From positions 1,140-65,139 of the forward strand of contig JAFAEM010000011.1 in NCBI GenBank assembly GCA_023424015.1: a DNA stretch of 64,000 nt. Direction: 5' to 3'. This DNA is from Bacteroidota bacterium. GTDB lineage: Bacteria > Bacteroidota > Bacteroidia > Chitinophagales > Chitinophagaceae. Numbering within the stretch: position 1 is the first letter of the stretch; every line of letters begins with the position of its first letter. Positions 38,052-48,600 of this stretch are shown here, in pieces. Below the pieces are notes generated by a model that was given only the letters and a program-made list of their open reading frames with translations, made no database searches and had not been told where the DNA came from. Position numbers and translations under genes: made by a program.

Positions 38052-40403
38052 ATGCCGGCAAAATGGATAATATGTTGTTGCTTGTTGACAATAACGATAC
38101 TTTCCTATTCCCAGCCTGTTACTCAAACTATCAGGGGCCAGGTAATCGATAAAGACAGTCGCAGGCCTTTGGCAGGAGCTACCCTTTCACTGGATGATGA
38201 CAGTGTGCAGGCTGCGACGATCAGCGATAAGGCGGGACATTTTGCGCTGAAAGATATTCCCGTGGGACGCCACCGCTTACAATGCAGTTTTAGTGGGTAC
38301 GCACCATTTATTACCGATAATTTTTTATTGAATAGTGCGAGGGAACTGGAACTTGTTATCGAGCTGGAACAAGTGTACCAACAGCAAACCGAAGTGCGCG
38401 TGAAAGCTGTACGCAATCCAAAGTTACCCGTTAATAAAGCTGCGGTTGTTAGTACCCGCTCGTTCACCCCAGAGGAAACAAGTCGATATGCTGCCAGCGT
38501 CAACGATCCCAGTCGCATGGCTATGAGCTTTCCGGGTGTACAACCCACCCGTGATGCCAGGAGCGATATCATTATTCGCGGTAACTCTGCAGCTGGAATG
38601 TTATGGAGACTGGAAGGTATTGATATCCCCAATCCGAATCATTTTGCACGCAAAGGTTCGAGTGGAGGTGGTATTACAATTTTCAGCAGCAGCATGCTGG
38701 CCAATTCGGATTTTTCAAGTGGTGCTTTTCCTGCTGAATATGGCGATGCTTTGTCTGGTGTGTTTGACATGCGTTTCAGATCGGGTAATAAAGAAAAGAA
38801 CCAGTACACCTTCAAGGCAGGCTTGATCGGCATTGATTTTTCAGCCGAAGGACCCATGCAAAAAAATAGCAGTTCGTTTCTGCTTAACTACCGGTATTCC
38901 ACGCTGGGTATTTTAGACAAACTCGGATTTCATCTTGCCGGTGAAAGAGAAGTCAACACATTCCAGGACATTTCTTTCAATTTAGATTTCCCATCAAAAA
39001 ATAAGCGCTCAGTTTTTAATTTCTGGGGTATCGCCGGACTGAGCAGGGAAGATTATGCTGAAGTGGATGATCCCAATGAGTGGGACGAATACGATGACTA
39101 CGCGATCTACGATTTTAAAACAAAAATGGGCGCTACCGGCATTGGTCATAGTTTGCAACTAGGTAATACCTCGCTACTTAAGACATCTCTTGCCATTATG
39201 GATCAGAAGATCCGGTATGTAGATGACACGCTGAATACCCAGAAAGTTCCTTTTACGACCAATGATGAAGTGTATAAAAACAACCGGGTATCATTTGCCA
39301 TCTCTTTCCAGACAAAACCCGTTTCTGCATTAACCTGGAAGACGGGAATGTTCATCAGCCGTCTCGGCTACCGATTCAACCAAAGTGTTTTTGACTTTGA
39401 TGCCCGTGTTTATCGTCGCGACGTTGTCGACGGAGATGGAAATGCATTTTTGTGGCAACCGTATACTCAGTTTGGTTTGAAGGTCGGTCAAAAGTTAACG
39501 GTCAATACAGGATTGCATGTCATGTATCTTTATCTCAACAAAACCAGGTCGATCGAACCGCGGAGCAGTTTACTGTATCGGATCAATCCCAATCATACCA
39601 TAAGCCTGGCTGCAGGACGACATGGCAAAGTGCTTCCGCTTGGATCTTATTTTTTCAAGGCCGGCAATGGCGACTTGCCAAATCTTGAACTAGACATGAT
39701 GAAGTCAACGCATTTTGTCTGGGCCTATGACTGGCTGATGAAAAGGAACTGGCGTCTACACATCGAGGCCTACCTGCAAAAACTAAGCGATATTCCGGTG
39801 GTGGATGATATTGACAGAACTTTCTGGCTACTGAATATGACAGAGGGATATGCCACAGAGCCCCTGGTGAGCAGGGGCAAGGGCGAAAACAAAGGTGTTG
39901 ACATAACACTGGAGAAATTTTTTTCCAAGGGTTGGTTTATGCTTGCAGGATTTTCATTTTTTAATTCTTCGTATTCTCCCCTGAACGGGAAATCATACAA
40001 CACGCAATACAATAGCCGCTCGGCGGGAACATTTACTTCCGGTCGTGAATGGAAGTGGAAAAAGAATAAGACCATGGGCCTCGGAGGAAAAGTATTGTAC
40101 AACGGTGGCATGCCCATATCACCACTCCTTGCGGGAGCGCCTGTCAATTCAAGAGAACCTGTCTTGGATGAAACAAGGCCTTTCTCGGAAACTGTTCCAT
40201 GCTATTTCAGAATGGACGCCAGGTTAACCTTGCGAAAAGACAGGACAAAGTCGGCCTGGATGATAGCTCTGGATATCCAAAATCTTCTTGGGATAAACAA
40301 TACGGATGCTTTAAGTCGCCGTTATGATCCTGCAGCCCGTGAATGGATATACAAAAAATCTTCAGGTTTTATCCCGGTGATCAGCTACCAGCTGGATTTT
40401 TGA
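38052..40403 (+). CDS. TonB-dependent receptor
   Basis: Carboxypeptidase-regulatory-like N-terminus, plug motifs (DIIIRGNS, LEGIDIPNPNHF, GAFPAEYGDALSGVFD) and C-terminal SYQLDF. Confidence 0.92.
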   Translation: MPAKWIICCCLLTITILSYSQPVTQTIRGQVIDKDSRRPLAGATLSLDDDSVQAATISDKAGHFALKDIPVGRHRLQCSFSGYAPFITDNFLLNSARELELVIELEQVYQQQTEVRVKAVRNPKLPVNKAAVVSTRSFTPEETSRYAASVNDPSRMAMSFPGVQPTRDARSDIIIRGNSAAGMLWRLEGIDIPNPNHFARKGSSGGGITIFSSSMLANSDFSSGAFPAEYGDALSGVFDMRFRSGNKEKNQYTFKAGLIGIDFSAEGPMQKNSSSFLLNYRYSTLGILDKLGFHLAGEREVNTFQDISFNLDFPSKNKRSVFNFWGIAGLSREDYAEVDDPNEWDEYDDYAIYDFKTKMGATGIGHSLQLGNTSLLKTSLAIMDQKIRYVDDTLNTQKVPFTTNDEVYKNNRVSFAISFQTKPVSALTWKTGMFISRLGYRFNQSVFDFDARVYRRDVVDGDGNAFLWQPYTQFGLKVGQKLTVNTGLHVMYLYLNKTRSIEPRSSLLYRINPNHTISLAAGRHGKVLPLGSYFFKAGNGDLPNLELDMMKSTHFVWAYDWLMKRNWRLHIEAYLQKLSDIPVVDDIDRTFWLLNMTEGYATEPLVSRGKGENKGVDITLEKFFSKGWFMLAGFSFFNSSYSPLNGKSYNTQYNSRSAGTFTSGREWKWKKNKTMGLGGKVLYNGGMPISPLLAGAPVNSREPVLDETRPFSETVPCYFRMDARLTLRKDRTKSAWMIALDIQNLLGINNTDALSRRYDPAAREWIYKKSSGFIPVISYQLDF

Positions 40404-40462
40404 GTATTGAAAAGTGTATTCTTTTCGTTAGGCCGTTCTTGTAATGCTGATAAAGTAATTAC

Positions 40463-42142
40463 TTACTTGCTCATCATCTCTACTACGCCCGACCAACCAT
40501 CAGGCACGCCTTTTTGGAGGTAGCGTGTTGCATTTTGGCAAAAAAATGCAGCGGTCTGGTCAGCAGGGTTTAGTTCCGTGACGGATTCAAAAGCCCTGAT
40601 GGCTGATGCAAAGGAACGGTTCAGGTAATCCTGCATACCCTCATTAAAAAGTGGAAGGGTATTTTCTTTAATTTTAATTTCTTCTTCCGGGCTCCCGCTA
40701 AAACATTCATGAATTCCTATCGGCTCCTGTTTACCCTTCACCTGCACCTGTCCCAGGTACCTGAGTTTAAATAAAGGTGAATCCCCGAGTTGTTGCAGGG
40801 TAGCATCGCTGAGCAGGATGTCGGCCTTATAGTATTTTGTCAAACTCTCAATACGTGATGCGGTATTGACGGTGTCTGAAATGGTTGTTGCATCCAGCCT
40901 GTTCTTATCGCCAGTAATACCCATTACCAGCGCCCCGGTATGCATGCCGATACCGATGCGGATCGGTGGTTGGTTGTTCTGGCTTCTTTTGCTATTGAAC
41001 CCGACCATGCTTTTTTTCATCTCCACGGCAGCCAACAAGGCATCCATCGCGTTGCCGGGGAAAAGCGCCATGATGGAATCACCGAGATACTGGTTGATAA
41101 ATCCATTGTGTTGCCGGATGATGGGTCCCAGTGTTTCATTGTAATCGCAGACAAACCGAAATGTTTCTTCGGGGCTCATCCTTTCAGAAAGTGAAGTATA
41201 ATCGCGGATATCAGTAAAGAGTACAGTCACTACTTTTTCAACCTGATCACCCAGCCTTACGTCGGTGATGACATCGTGGCCTAAAGAGCCGATGAATTCG
41301 TAAGGGACAAACTTGCCTGCCACTTCATAAATCTTGCGCATGGCTTCTTCCCTTTCGTGGGCCTCACGAATATTTTTTTCATACAGCAATGCGCTTTCGA
41401 TAGCGGAGGAAGATTGCAGGGCCAGCGTAGTGAGAAATTTAAGATCGGCAGCAGCATAGTGCATAGGCCTTTCGCTGGCAAGTATAATTGCACCCATCAC
41501 ACGATGTTTTACCTTCAGCGCCGTGTACATTACCGATTGAACAGAAGGATGTATAATGCCGGATTCTTTCAACAGGCTGAGATCACTCATGATATCGGAC
41601 ATGCCGCTTAATCCGATCTTCAGCATGCGGCTTGCATTGGCTACGACACGCTCTTTGTTAAACAGGTCTTCGCCGGCAGTGGCTGGTACATCCAGTTGCT
41701 TATTGGTTTCATCCCAAAGGGTCACTATAGCACTACCCTCTGGCTTGAGATGCATGGCCTCCTGTACAGTGATCTCCGCAATGGCTGTTGGTCCGATGGC
41801 CTGTGCCAGTTTATCTGAAAAATTGAAGACCATGTTCACTTCCTGGTAAAGCGACAAGACCTCGGCTCCCAGTTTTTTTCGTTCTGTTTCTTTTTTTGCC
41901 AGTAACGAAAGCAGGGAAGCAATGGAATCGGCCTTTTCATTGCCTATTACCCAGCCCAGGTTTTCATCGTCGAGCATTACCGGCCAGCGATGGGTGTTGT
42001 CTGGCAGATCTATACCTGCAATAAATTTGCCCTGGTCGTCTTCAATGCGGATATCGCCGTTCAATTGGTCTATCAACGACAATACCGAAGTGGGGTCACC
42101 GGTTTTTTTCCCGATAATATGCTTAAGATTTATCCTCGCCAT
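40463..42142 (-). CDS. GAF domain + class III adenylate/guanylate cyclase
   Basis: VLFTDIRDYT, QYLGDSIMA, IGIGMHTG, SDTVNTASRIE and QVKGK motifs. GAF domain upstream and TPR-like C-terminal tail. Confidence 0.92.
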   Translation of the reverse strand: MARINLKHIIGKKTGDPTSVLSLIDQLNGDIRIEDDQGKFIAGIDLPDNTHRWPVMLDDENLGWVIGNEKADSIASLLSLLAKKETERKKLGAEVLSLYQEVNMVFNFSDKLAQAIGPTAIAEITVQEAMHLKPEGSAIVTLWDETNKQLDVPATAGEDLFNKERVVANASRMLKIGLSGMSDIMSDLSLLKESGIIHPSVQSVMYTALKVKHRVMGAIILASERPMHYAAADLKFLTTLALQSSSAIESALLYEKNIREAHEREEAMRKIYEVAGKFVPYEFIGSLGHDVITDVRLGDQVEKVVTVLFTDIRDYTSLSERMSPEETFRFVCDYNETLGPIIRQHNGFINQYLGDSIMALFPGNAMDALLAAVEMKKSMVGFNSKRSQNNQPPIRIGIGMHTGALVMGITGDKNRLDATTISDTVNTASRIESLTKYYKADILLSDATLQQLGDSPLFKLRYLGQVQVKGKQEPIGIHECFSGSPEEEIKIKENTLPLFNEGMQDYLNRSFASAIRAFESVTELNPADQTAAFFCQNATRYLQKGVPDGWSGVVEMMSK

Positions 42143-42180
42143 GAGTTATCAAAGAAGCTCCTTAATATTAATAAAAGAAA

Positions 42181-42558
42181 TCAAAGGCCCAGTACATCTT
42201 TTGCCTTTTGCAGGATCATTTCCGGATCAAAAGGTTTGGTCATATACACGTCAGCGCCAACTTCCTGGCCTTTTTGCCTGTCGAGTTCCTGCCCTTTTGC
42301 GGTGAGCAGGGCGATGTATACGTCTGTTAATTCGAGCTCTTTCTTTACTTTCTTACAGACATCCATGCCATTCATGCGCGGCATCATCACGTCCAGGAAG
42401 ACAAGCTGCGGCTTCTCTCTTTGAATCATGTCGAGTGCCACCTCCCCATTTTCTGCTGTCAGGAACTCTACGCCTTCGTCTTCCAGTTCTTCCAGTGTTT
42501 GTTCGATAAGCATTCGGATATGCGCTTCATCATCCACGATTAAGATTTTTTTCTCCAT
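42181..42558 (-). CDS. Single-domain response regulator
   Basis: ILIVDDE, FLDVMMP, LLTAKG and TKPF motifs. No output domain. Confidence 0.95.
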   Translation of the reverse strand: MEKKILIVDDEAHIRMLIEQTLEELEDEGVEFLTAENGEVALDMIQREKPQLVFLDVMMPRMNGMDVCKKVKKELELTDVYIALLTAKGQELDRQKGQEVGADVYMTKPFDPEMILQKAKDVLGL

Positions 42559-42636
42559 GTGTTGTTGTTTTCTACGTTTCCAGCATGGCTGGTATTTTAT
42601 GATTGTTATTTCTCTTTTTGCGTTCGGGCAGATTTA

Positions 42637-45600
42637 TTATTGATAGATCAGGAACAGCACATTCTCCAACCCTTTTTCAAACCTTAATGATTTTACGATC
42701 TCCTGCTTATCGGAATGTATAGAGTTTAGGATGATTATATCCGGTTGAGTTTTGATCGCTTTTGCAACCAGTTCCTTTCCATCTGATTCCACTACCTGGT
42801 AGCCTTTTGCCTGCAGCACATCGGTCAGTGAGCGTACCGCGGTCGTGTCCTCATCCACAACCATCACTTTTTTCTTTGACTTGCCCTGTTCAATCAGGTT
42901 ACCCACTTCTGCGAAAAGCTCAGCCGTATCGATTGGCTTGGTAAGATAGCGGTCTACACCAATGCGATATCCCCTGGCCTTGTCCTGCACGATGGATAAG
43001 ACGATGATCGGTATATCCATGGTATTCGGATCGTTCTTGAGAATGGCAGCTACATCAAACCCGTTCATCTCAGGCATCATAACATCGAGGATCACGAGGT
43101 CGGGGCGGTGCTGACGAATCCTGGCCAGTGCTTCTTTGCCATTGCTGGCTTCTTCTATCAGGTAACCGGCATCTCCCAACTCCTGTTGTAAAAGTGAACG
43201 GATGGAATCATCGTCATCCACCACCAGGATCGTCGCGTGATTGCCGTTGAGTTTAAATTTGGATTGCGCCATCTGTTCCTTCAATTGCTTCACCAGGTCA
43301 TCCAGGTGGATCGGTTGTGTCGACGAAGCCTGTTTTGGAATGGGAAGTGCGAAATAGAAAGTGCTTCCTTTGCCCAGTTCACTTTTAAGCCAGATACGTC
43401 CCTGGTGGTGTTCAATAATCTCTTTACAGATCGGAAGCCCGAGCCCGGTACCCTTGGGTTTGTCGGTCAGAGTATCTCCAACCACTTGCTTGAATTGTTC
43501 AAACACCGCGGCATGATCAGCGGGGGCGATACCGATACCTGTATCAGTAATACCGGTGATGATCTCACCTTTTTTGGTGGTAATGCTGCAAGTGATCACT
43601 CCCGAAGGCGTAAATTTTACTGCATTGGAGATCAGGTTTACCATGACCTGTATCAACTTGTCGCGGTCGCCGTGTACCAGGGGCAGGTCATCGGGTATAC
43701 TTGTTTTCAGCTGAAGGTTCTTTTGCTCAAATAGTGAAGTGGTGGCGGCGAGAGCCCGTTCGGCAACCTCCTGGATCGACACGGTCTCCATATTCCACTC
43801 CATTTTACCCGCTTCAATTTTTGCCAGGTCAAGTACCTCGTTTATCAGGTTGGTCAGACGCTCACCCTCCGAAACCACTACTGCCAGGTTATCGCTAACC
43901 TGCTGAATGGTTTTGTCAATCTTTGTATCGGATCTATTTGTGGCGGGAAATATTTTTTCTTCCAGTCGTTTCCGTATGATCTTGGCAAAACCCAACACCG
44001 ATGTGAGTGGGGTTCTCAATTCATGGCTGACAGTTGAAAGGAATGCACTCTTTGCCTGGTTGGCTTTTTCTGCAGCCTGACTGGCTTCCTCGGCCTGTTG
44101 TTTGGCCATCGTTACCTCTTCAAACAATTGCGCCTTGCGCAGTGCCACTCCCACCGATGCCGCGATCGTTGATAAAAGTCGTTCGTCGTTTTCATCAAAG
44201 CGGTTTTCGCTTTCAGTACTTTGAACACTGAGTACCCCAATGATCTCATCGCCCACAGGAATAGGAACACCCAGGTAGGAGGCCGCAGGAATACCCAGCC
44301 GCTGAACACCGAGACGGGTGGTCATTTCGTCCACATCTTTGTTAACCAGTAGTGCCTTGCCCGTCAAAATGATCTGGGAAGTAAGTCCTTCCCCAAGACG
44401 CATTGGCATTAGTTCATCGCCATACTGGTAAGGGAAATAAATGATCTTACTAACCGGGTTAAGCAGGGCGAGATAAACAATATTGGCTTTGAATTGGTCG
44501 CGCAACTTGTCACCAACCAGTTTAATAAGCTCCTCGGGATTAAGTTGCGAAGCCAGTGTCTGGCTGATATTATTTACGGTACTTAATTCGGTAGCTCTTT
44601 GTTTTGTCTCATCCAGCAGGCGGGTTGTTTCGTCAAACAACCGCGTGTTTTCAAGCGCAACGGCCATGCTGCTGGTAAGCGCGGTAAGCATACCCAGTTC
44701 AGCCTCAGTGAAAGCATGTTCTTTGTCGAGGTTTTGCAGACTTACCGAACCACGCACAACACCACCCACGATCATGGGTACAAATACCGCAGACTTTGGA
44801 GGCTGACCAATAGTCACACCGGTGCCGCCATATTTTTTGGCTGTTTCAAGGTAGTTTTCATTTATCATCAGTGGCTTTTGCGTTTCGATCAAACGCTTAT
44901 TGGCCCAATTCAACGGCCGTGGTTCAATAAACTGGCGTTTACCTTTTTCAATGACGTATCGCCATACTTCTTTGCCCGTTTCATGTTCAAAGGTGCGAAT
45001 GAGTACGGTTTGTGTGTCGAAGAGTTCGCAAAGTTTTTCTCCCACCAGTTCATAGATCGCAGAGGATTTGAACTCTTTCACCAGTCCTTCCTGCACATTG
45101 TTGATCACCGCCAGCTCTGCTTTTCTTTGTTCGGTTTCTTTCAACAGCATTTTGGTTTCGTCGAAAAGACGGGCACTCTTCAGGGCTACGCTCATACTGT
45201 TGACGAGGGTTACCAGCAGGCTTATATCCGATTCTGAGAATGCATCTTCCTGGTCGATATTCTGCAGGCTGATCACACCTGTTACTTCACCACCTGCCAC
45301 CAGGGGTACCAGCACAAGTGATTTTGCAGCTTCTCCCACGATCACCGTGTTGTCGTATTGTGAACGGAATTTCTCAACATCTCTATTAATGACCAGCAAC
45401 TGACCTGATCGAATCACATGCTCCCTGAAACCTTTTGGTGATCGTGGACCCAGGAGTGTACGATCTCCTTTTTCGTAGGAGTATTTGTCTTCGATAAGAT
45501 TATTTTTTTTATCATACGTCACTATATCAACAACCTGCGCATTAAAGATCTCACGCATTTTATCTCCCACAAGGTCATAAATGCCCTGCATGTCCATTTG

Positions 45601-48600
45601 TGCAACCAGGCTTTCCTGTACACTGTTGATCACCGCCAGTTCAGCGTTGCGCTGTTCGGTTTCTTTTAATAAACGGTTGGTCTCATCAAAAAGCCTGGCA
45701 CTTTCAAGTGCCACGCTCATGCTATTGGCAAGTGTGGTGAGCAGGCTTACATCGGAGTCTGTAAATGCATGTTCATGATCCAGGTTTTGCAGGCTGATTA
45801 TACCATTGACCTTGCCGCCAGCCAGGAGGGGATAAAAAATTTGGGATTTGGGAAATTCACCGATCAACAACTCATTGTTGAAGTTTTTGCATTCTTCTTC
45901 AATGTTTTCATTGTGCAGCAGCATGTCACCCGTTTCGATTACGTGCTTCCTGAAGCCTTTTGGTTCACGCGGACCCAGTAAAGTCCGGTCTCCTTTTTCA
46001 AAGGCGTAACGATCTTCAATCAGGTTTGACTGGCGATCATAGGTAACAATGTCGATTACCTGGGCATTGAAGATCTCGCGGATCTTTTCACCCACCAGTT
46101 CATAAATTCCCTGGATATCCATTTCTCTTACCAAACCATCCTGCACACTGTTGATCACCGCCAGTTCTGCATTTCTTTGTTCAGTTTCCTTGAGCAGGCG
46201 TTTTGTTTCATCAAAAAGCCGCGCACTTTCCAGTGCAATACTCATACTGTTGGCCAGGGTATTGATAAGCCTCACATTGGAATCGGAAAAGGCATTTTCA
46301 TGATCTACGTTTTGCAGGCTGATGATGCCGGTGACATTGCCACCCGTGATCATGGGGACCATCACAAAAGATTTGGCTTCTTCGCCAACGACTACAACAT
46401 TATCGTATTGCTTACCGACTTCACTTGCATTTTCATTGATCACAAGTTGATCGCCCGTCTCGATGATATGTTTCCTGAAGCCTTTTGGTTCACGCGGACC
46501 TAATAAAGTCCGGTCTCCTTTTTCATAAGAGTATTTATCCTCAATAAGGTTCGACTTCCTGTCATAAGTTACAATATCGATCACCTGTGCATCGAAAATT
46601 TCGCGGATCTTTTCACCCACCAGGTAGTAGATACCCTGGATATCCATTTCCCTTACCAGCCCGTCCTGCACACTGTTGATCACGGCCAGTTCTGCATTTC
46701 TTTGTTCGGTTTCTTTCAGCAGGCGTTTTGTTTCATCAAAAAGCCGCGCACTTTCCAGTGCAATACTCATGCTGTTAGCCAGGGTATTGATCAACCTCAC
46801 ATTGGAATCAGAAAAAGCCTGTTCGTGATCTACGTTTTGCAGGCTGATGATGCCTGTGACCTGTCCGCCCGTGATCATCGGTACCAGTACAAGTGATTTG
46901 GGTTGTTCACCAACGATTACGACATTATCGTATTGTTTACCGACTTCAATTGCATTTTCATTGATCACGAGTTGTTCGCCGGTTTCAATGATATGTTTCC
47001 TGAATCCTTTTGGTTCCCTTGGACCAAGCAGGGTGCGGTCGCCTTTTTCATAAGCATACTTATCTTCGATCAGGTTCGTCTTCTTGTCATAGGTTACAAT
47101 ATCAATTACCTGTGCGTCGAAAATTTCGCGGATCTTTTCTCCCACCAGGTAATAAATACCCTGGATGTCCATTTCTCTTACCAGTCCATCCTGCACACTA
47201 TTGATGACCGCCAATTCCGCGTTACGCTGTTCTGTTTCTTTGAGCAGGCGATTGGTTACATCAAAACGTCGGGCACTTTCCAGGGCCACACTCATACTAT
47301 TGGCCAGCGTGGAAAGCAGGCTTACATCTGATTCAGAAAAAGCATGTTCCTTGTCAAGATCCTGCAGGCTGATTATTCCTCTTACTTCACCGGCCGTGAT
47401 CAGGGGAACAAACAAAACTGACTTTGATTGTTCACCCATCAACACCAGGTTGCCATACTCCTTCATCCTCTCCTGGATGTTTTCATTGATCACCTGCACC
47501 TGCCTGCTTTCTATCACGTTTTTCCGGAATCCCTGGGGTTCTCTGGGCCCAAGCAGGGTCCGGTCTCCTTTTTCATAGGCATAACGGTCTTCCATCAGGT
47601 TGGTCTTCGGATCGTAGGTTACGATGTCGATCACCTGCGCGTTGAAGATCAGCCTGATCTTTTCTCCCACCAGGTCATATATATCCTGGATACCGATTTC
47701 CTTAACAAGGCCTTCCTGCACACTGTTGATCACAGCCAGTTCTTCGATACGGTGACTCAGTTCCGCTGTACGGGAAGCCACAATTTGCTCAAGTTCCTTG
47801 TGTTTGGCCTTCAATTGTCGCGTACGGTAGCGAACGATTAGCCCAATGACCGCCAGGGCAGCCAGTGCATATAGCGCATAAGCCCACCAGGTGGCATACC
47901 ATGGTGGCAGTATGCTGAAGTAATAGACGGATTCATCACTAGTCTTATGATAAACGTTTTTTGCTCTTACATGAAATGCGTATTTCCCGGCTGGAAGATT
48001 CGTGTATTCTTTATAGTAATTATTATCAAATCCAGACCAGTCCGGCTCAAACCCCTCCAGCCAGGTTTGATAAAGCGTTTTGTCCTCCTGTTCGAAGAAA
48101 GGCGCCGCATATTCAAAACGCATGGTATTGCTACGGTAGGAAACAGAGGGTGCGTTCTCTCCGCTCCCAGCTGTGGCGGTACTCAGCAGTCGCTTACCTG
48201 CGTTGACGCTTCTGATGTGGGTAGTGAAGTTCTGATCATAGTCTTTGTGAAGGTTTTCATCATAGCGGATCAAGCCATCAGTGGTACAGATCCAGGTAAT
48301 GCCGTTCTCTTCTGAGAATATTTTTGAAAAAGTTTTCTCTGCTACCGGCAACAAAGAAGTTTTATCGATCTTGTATTTTCCATCTGCCTGTGGCGTGGCA
48401 ATGATTGTTTCCTTTCCAAAACGCATCCAAAGCCGTCCTTTAGGGTCTTCGTGTACATCAAACTCCGCTATTCCACCAGCATATTCAAAATTGCCAAAGC
48501 TGGTATCGGCGTAAAATTTTTTTTGTTGTTCATCAAACCTGAACAAGGATGAATCGCCAAGGAAATAATTTTCCCCTTTTATCTGGAATACGGAACCAGC

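Noticed and set aside
40463..42142. Cyclase as a Pycsar/CBASS-type defence enzyme
   Set aside because: No adjacent cNMP-binding TIR or transmembrane effector. Its neighbours are two-component signalling genes.
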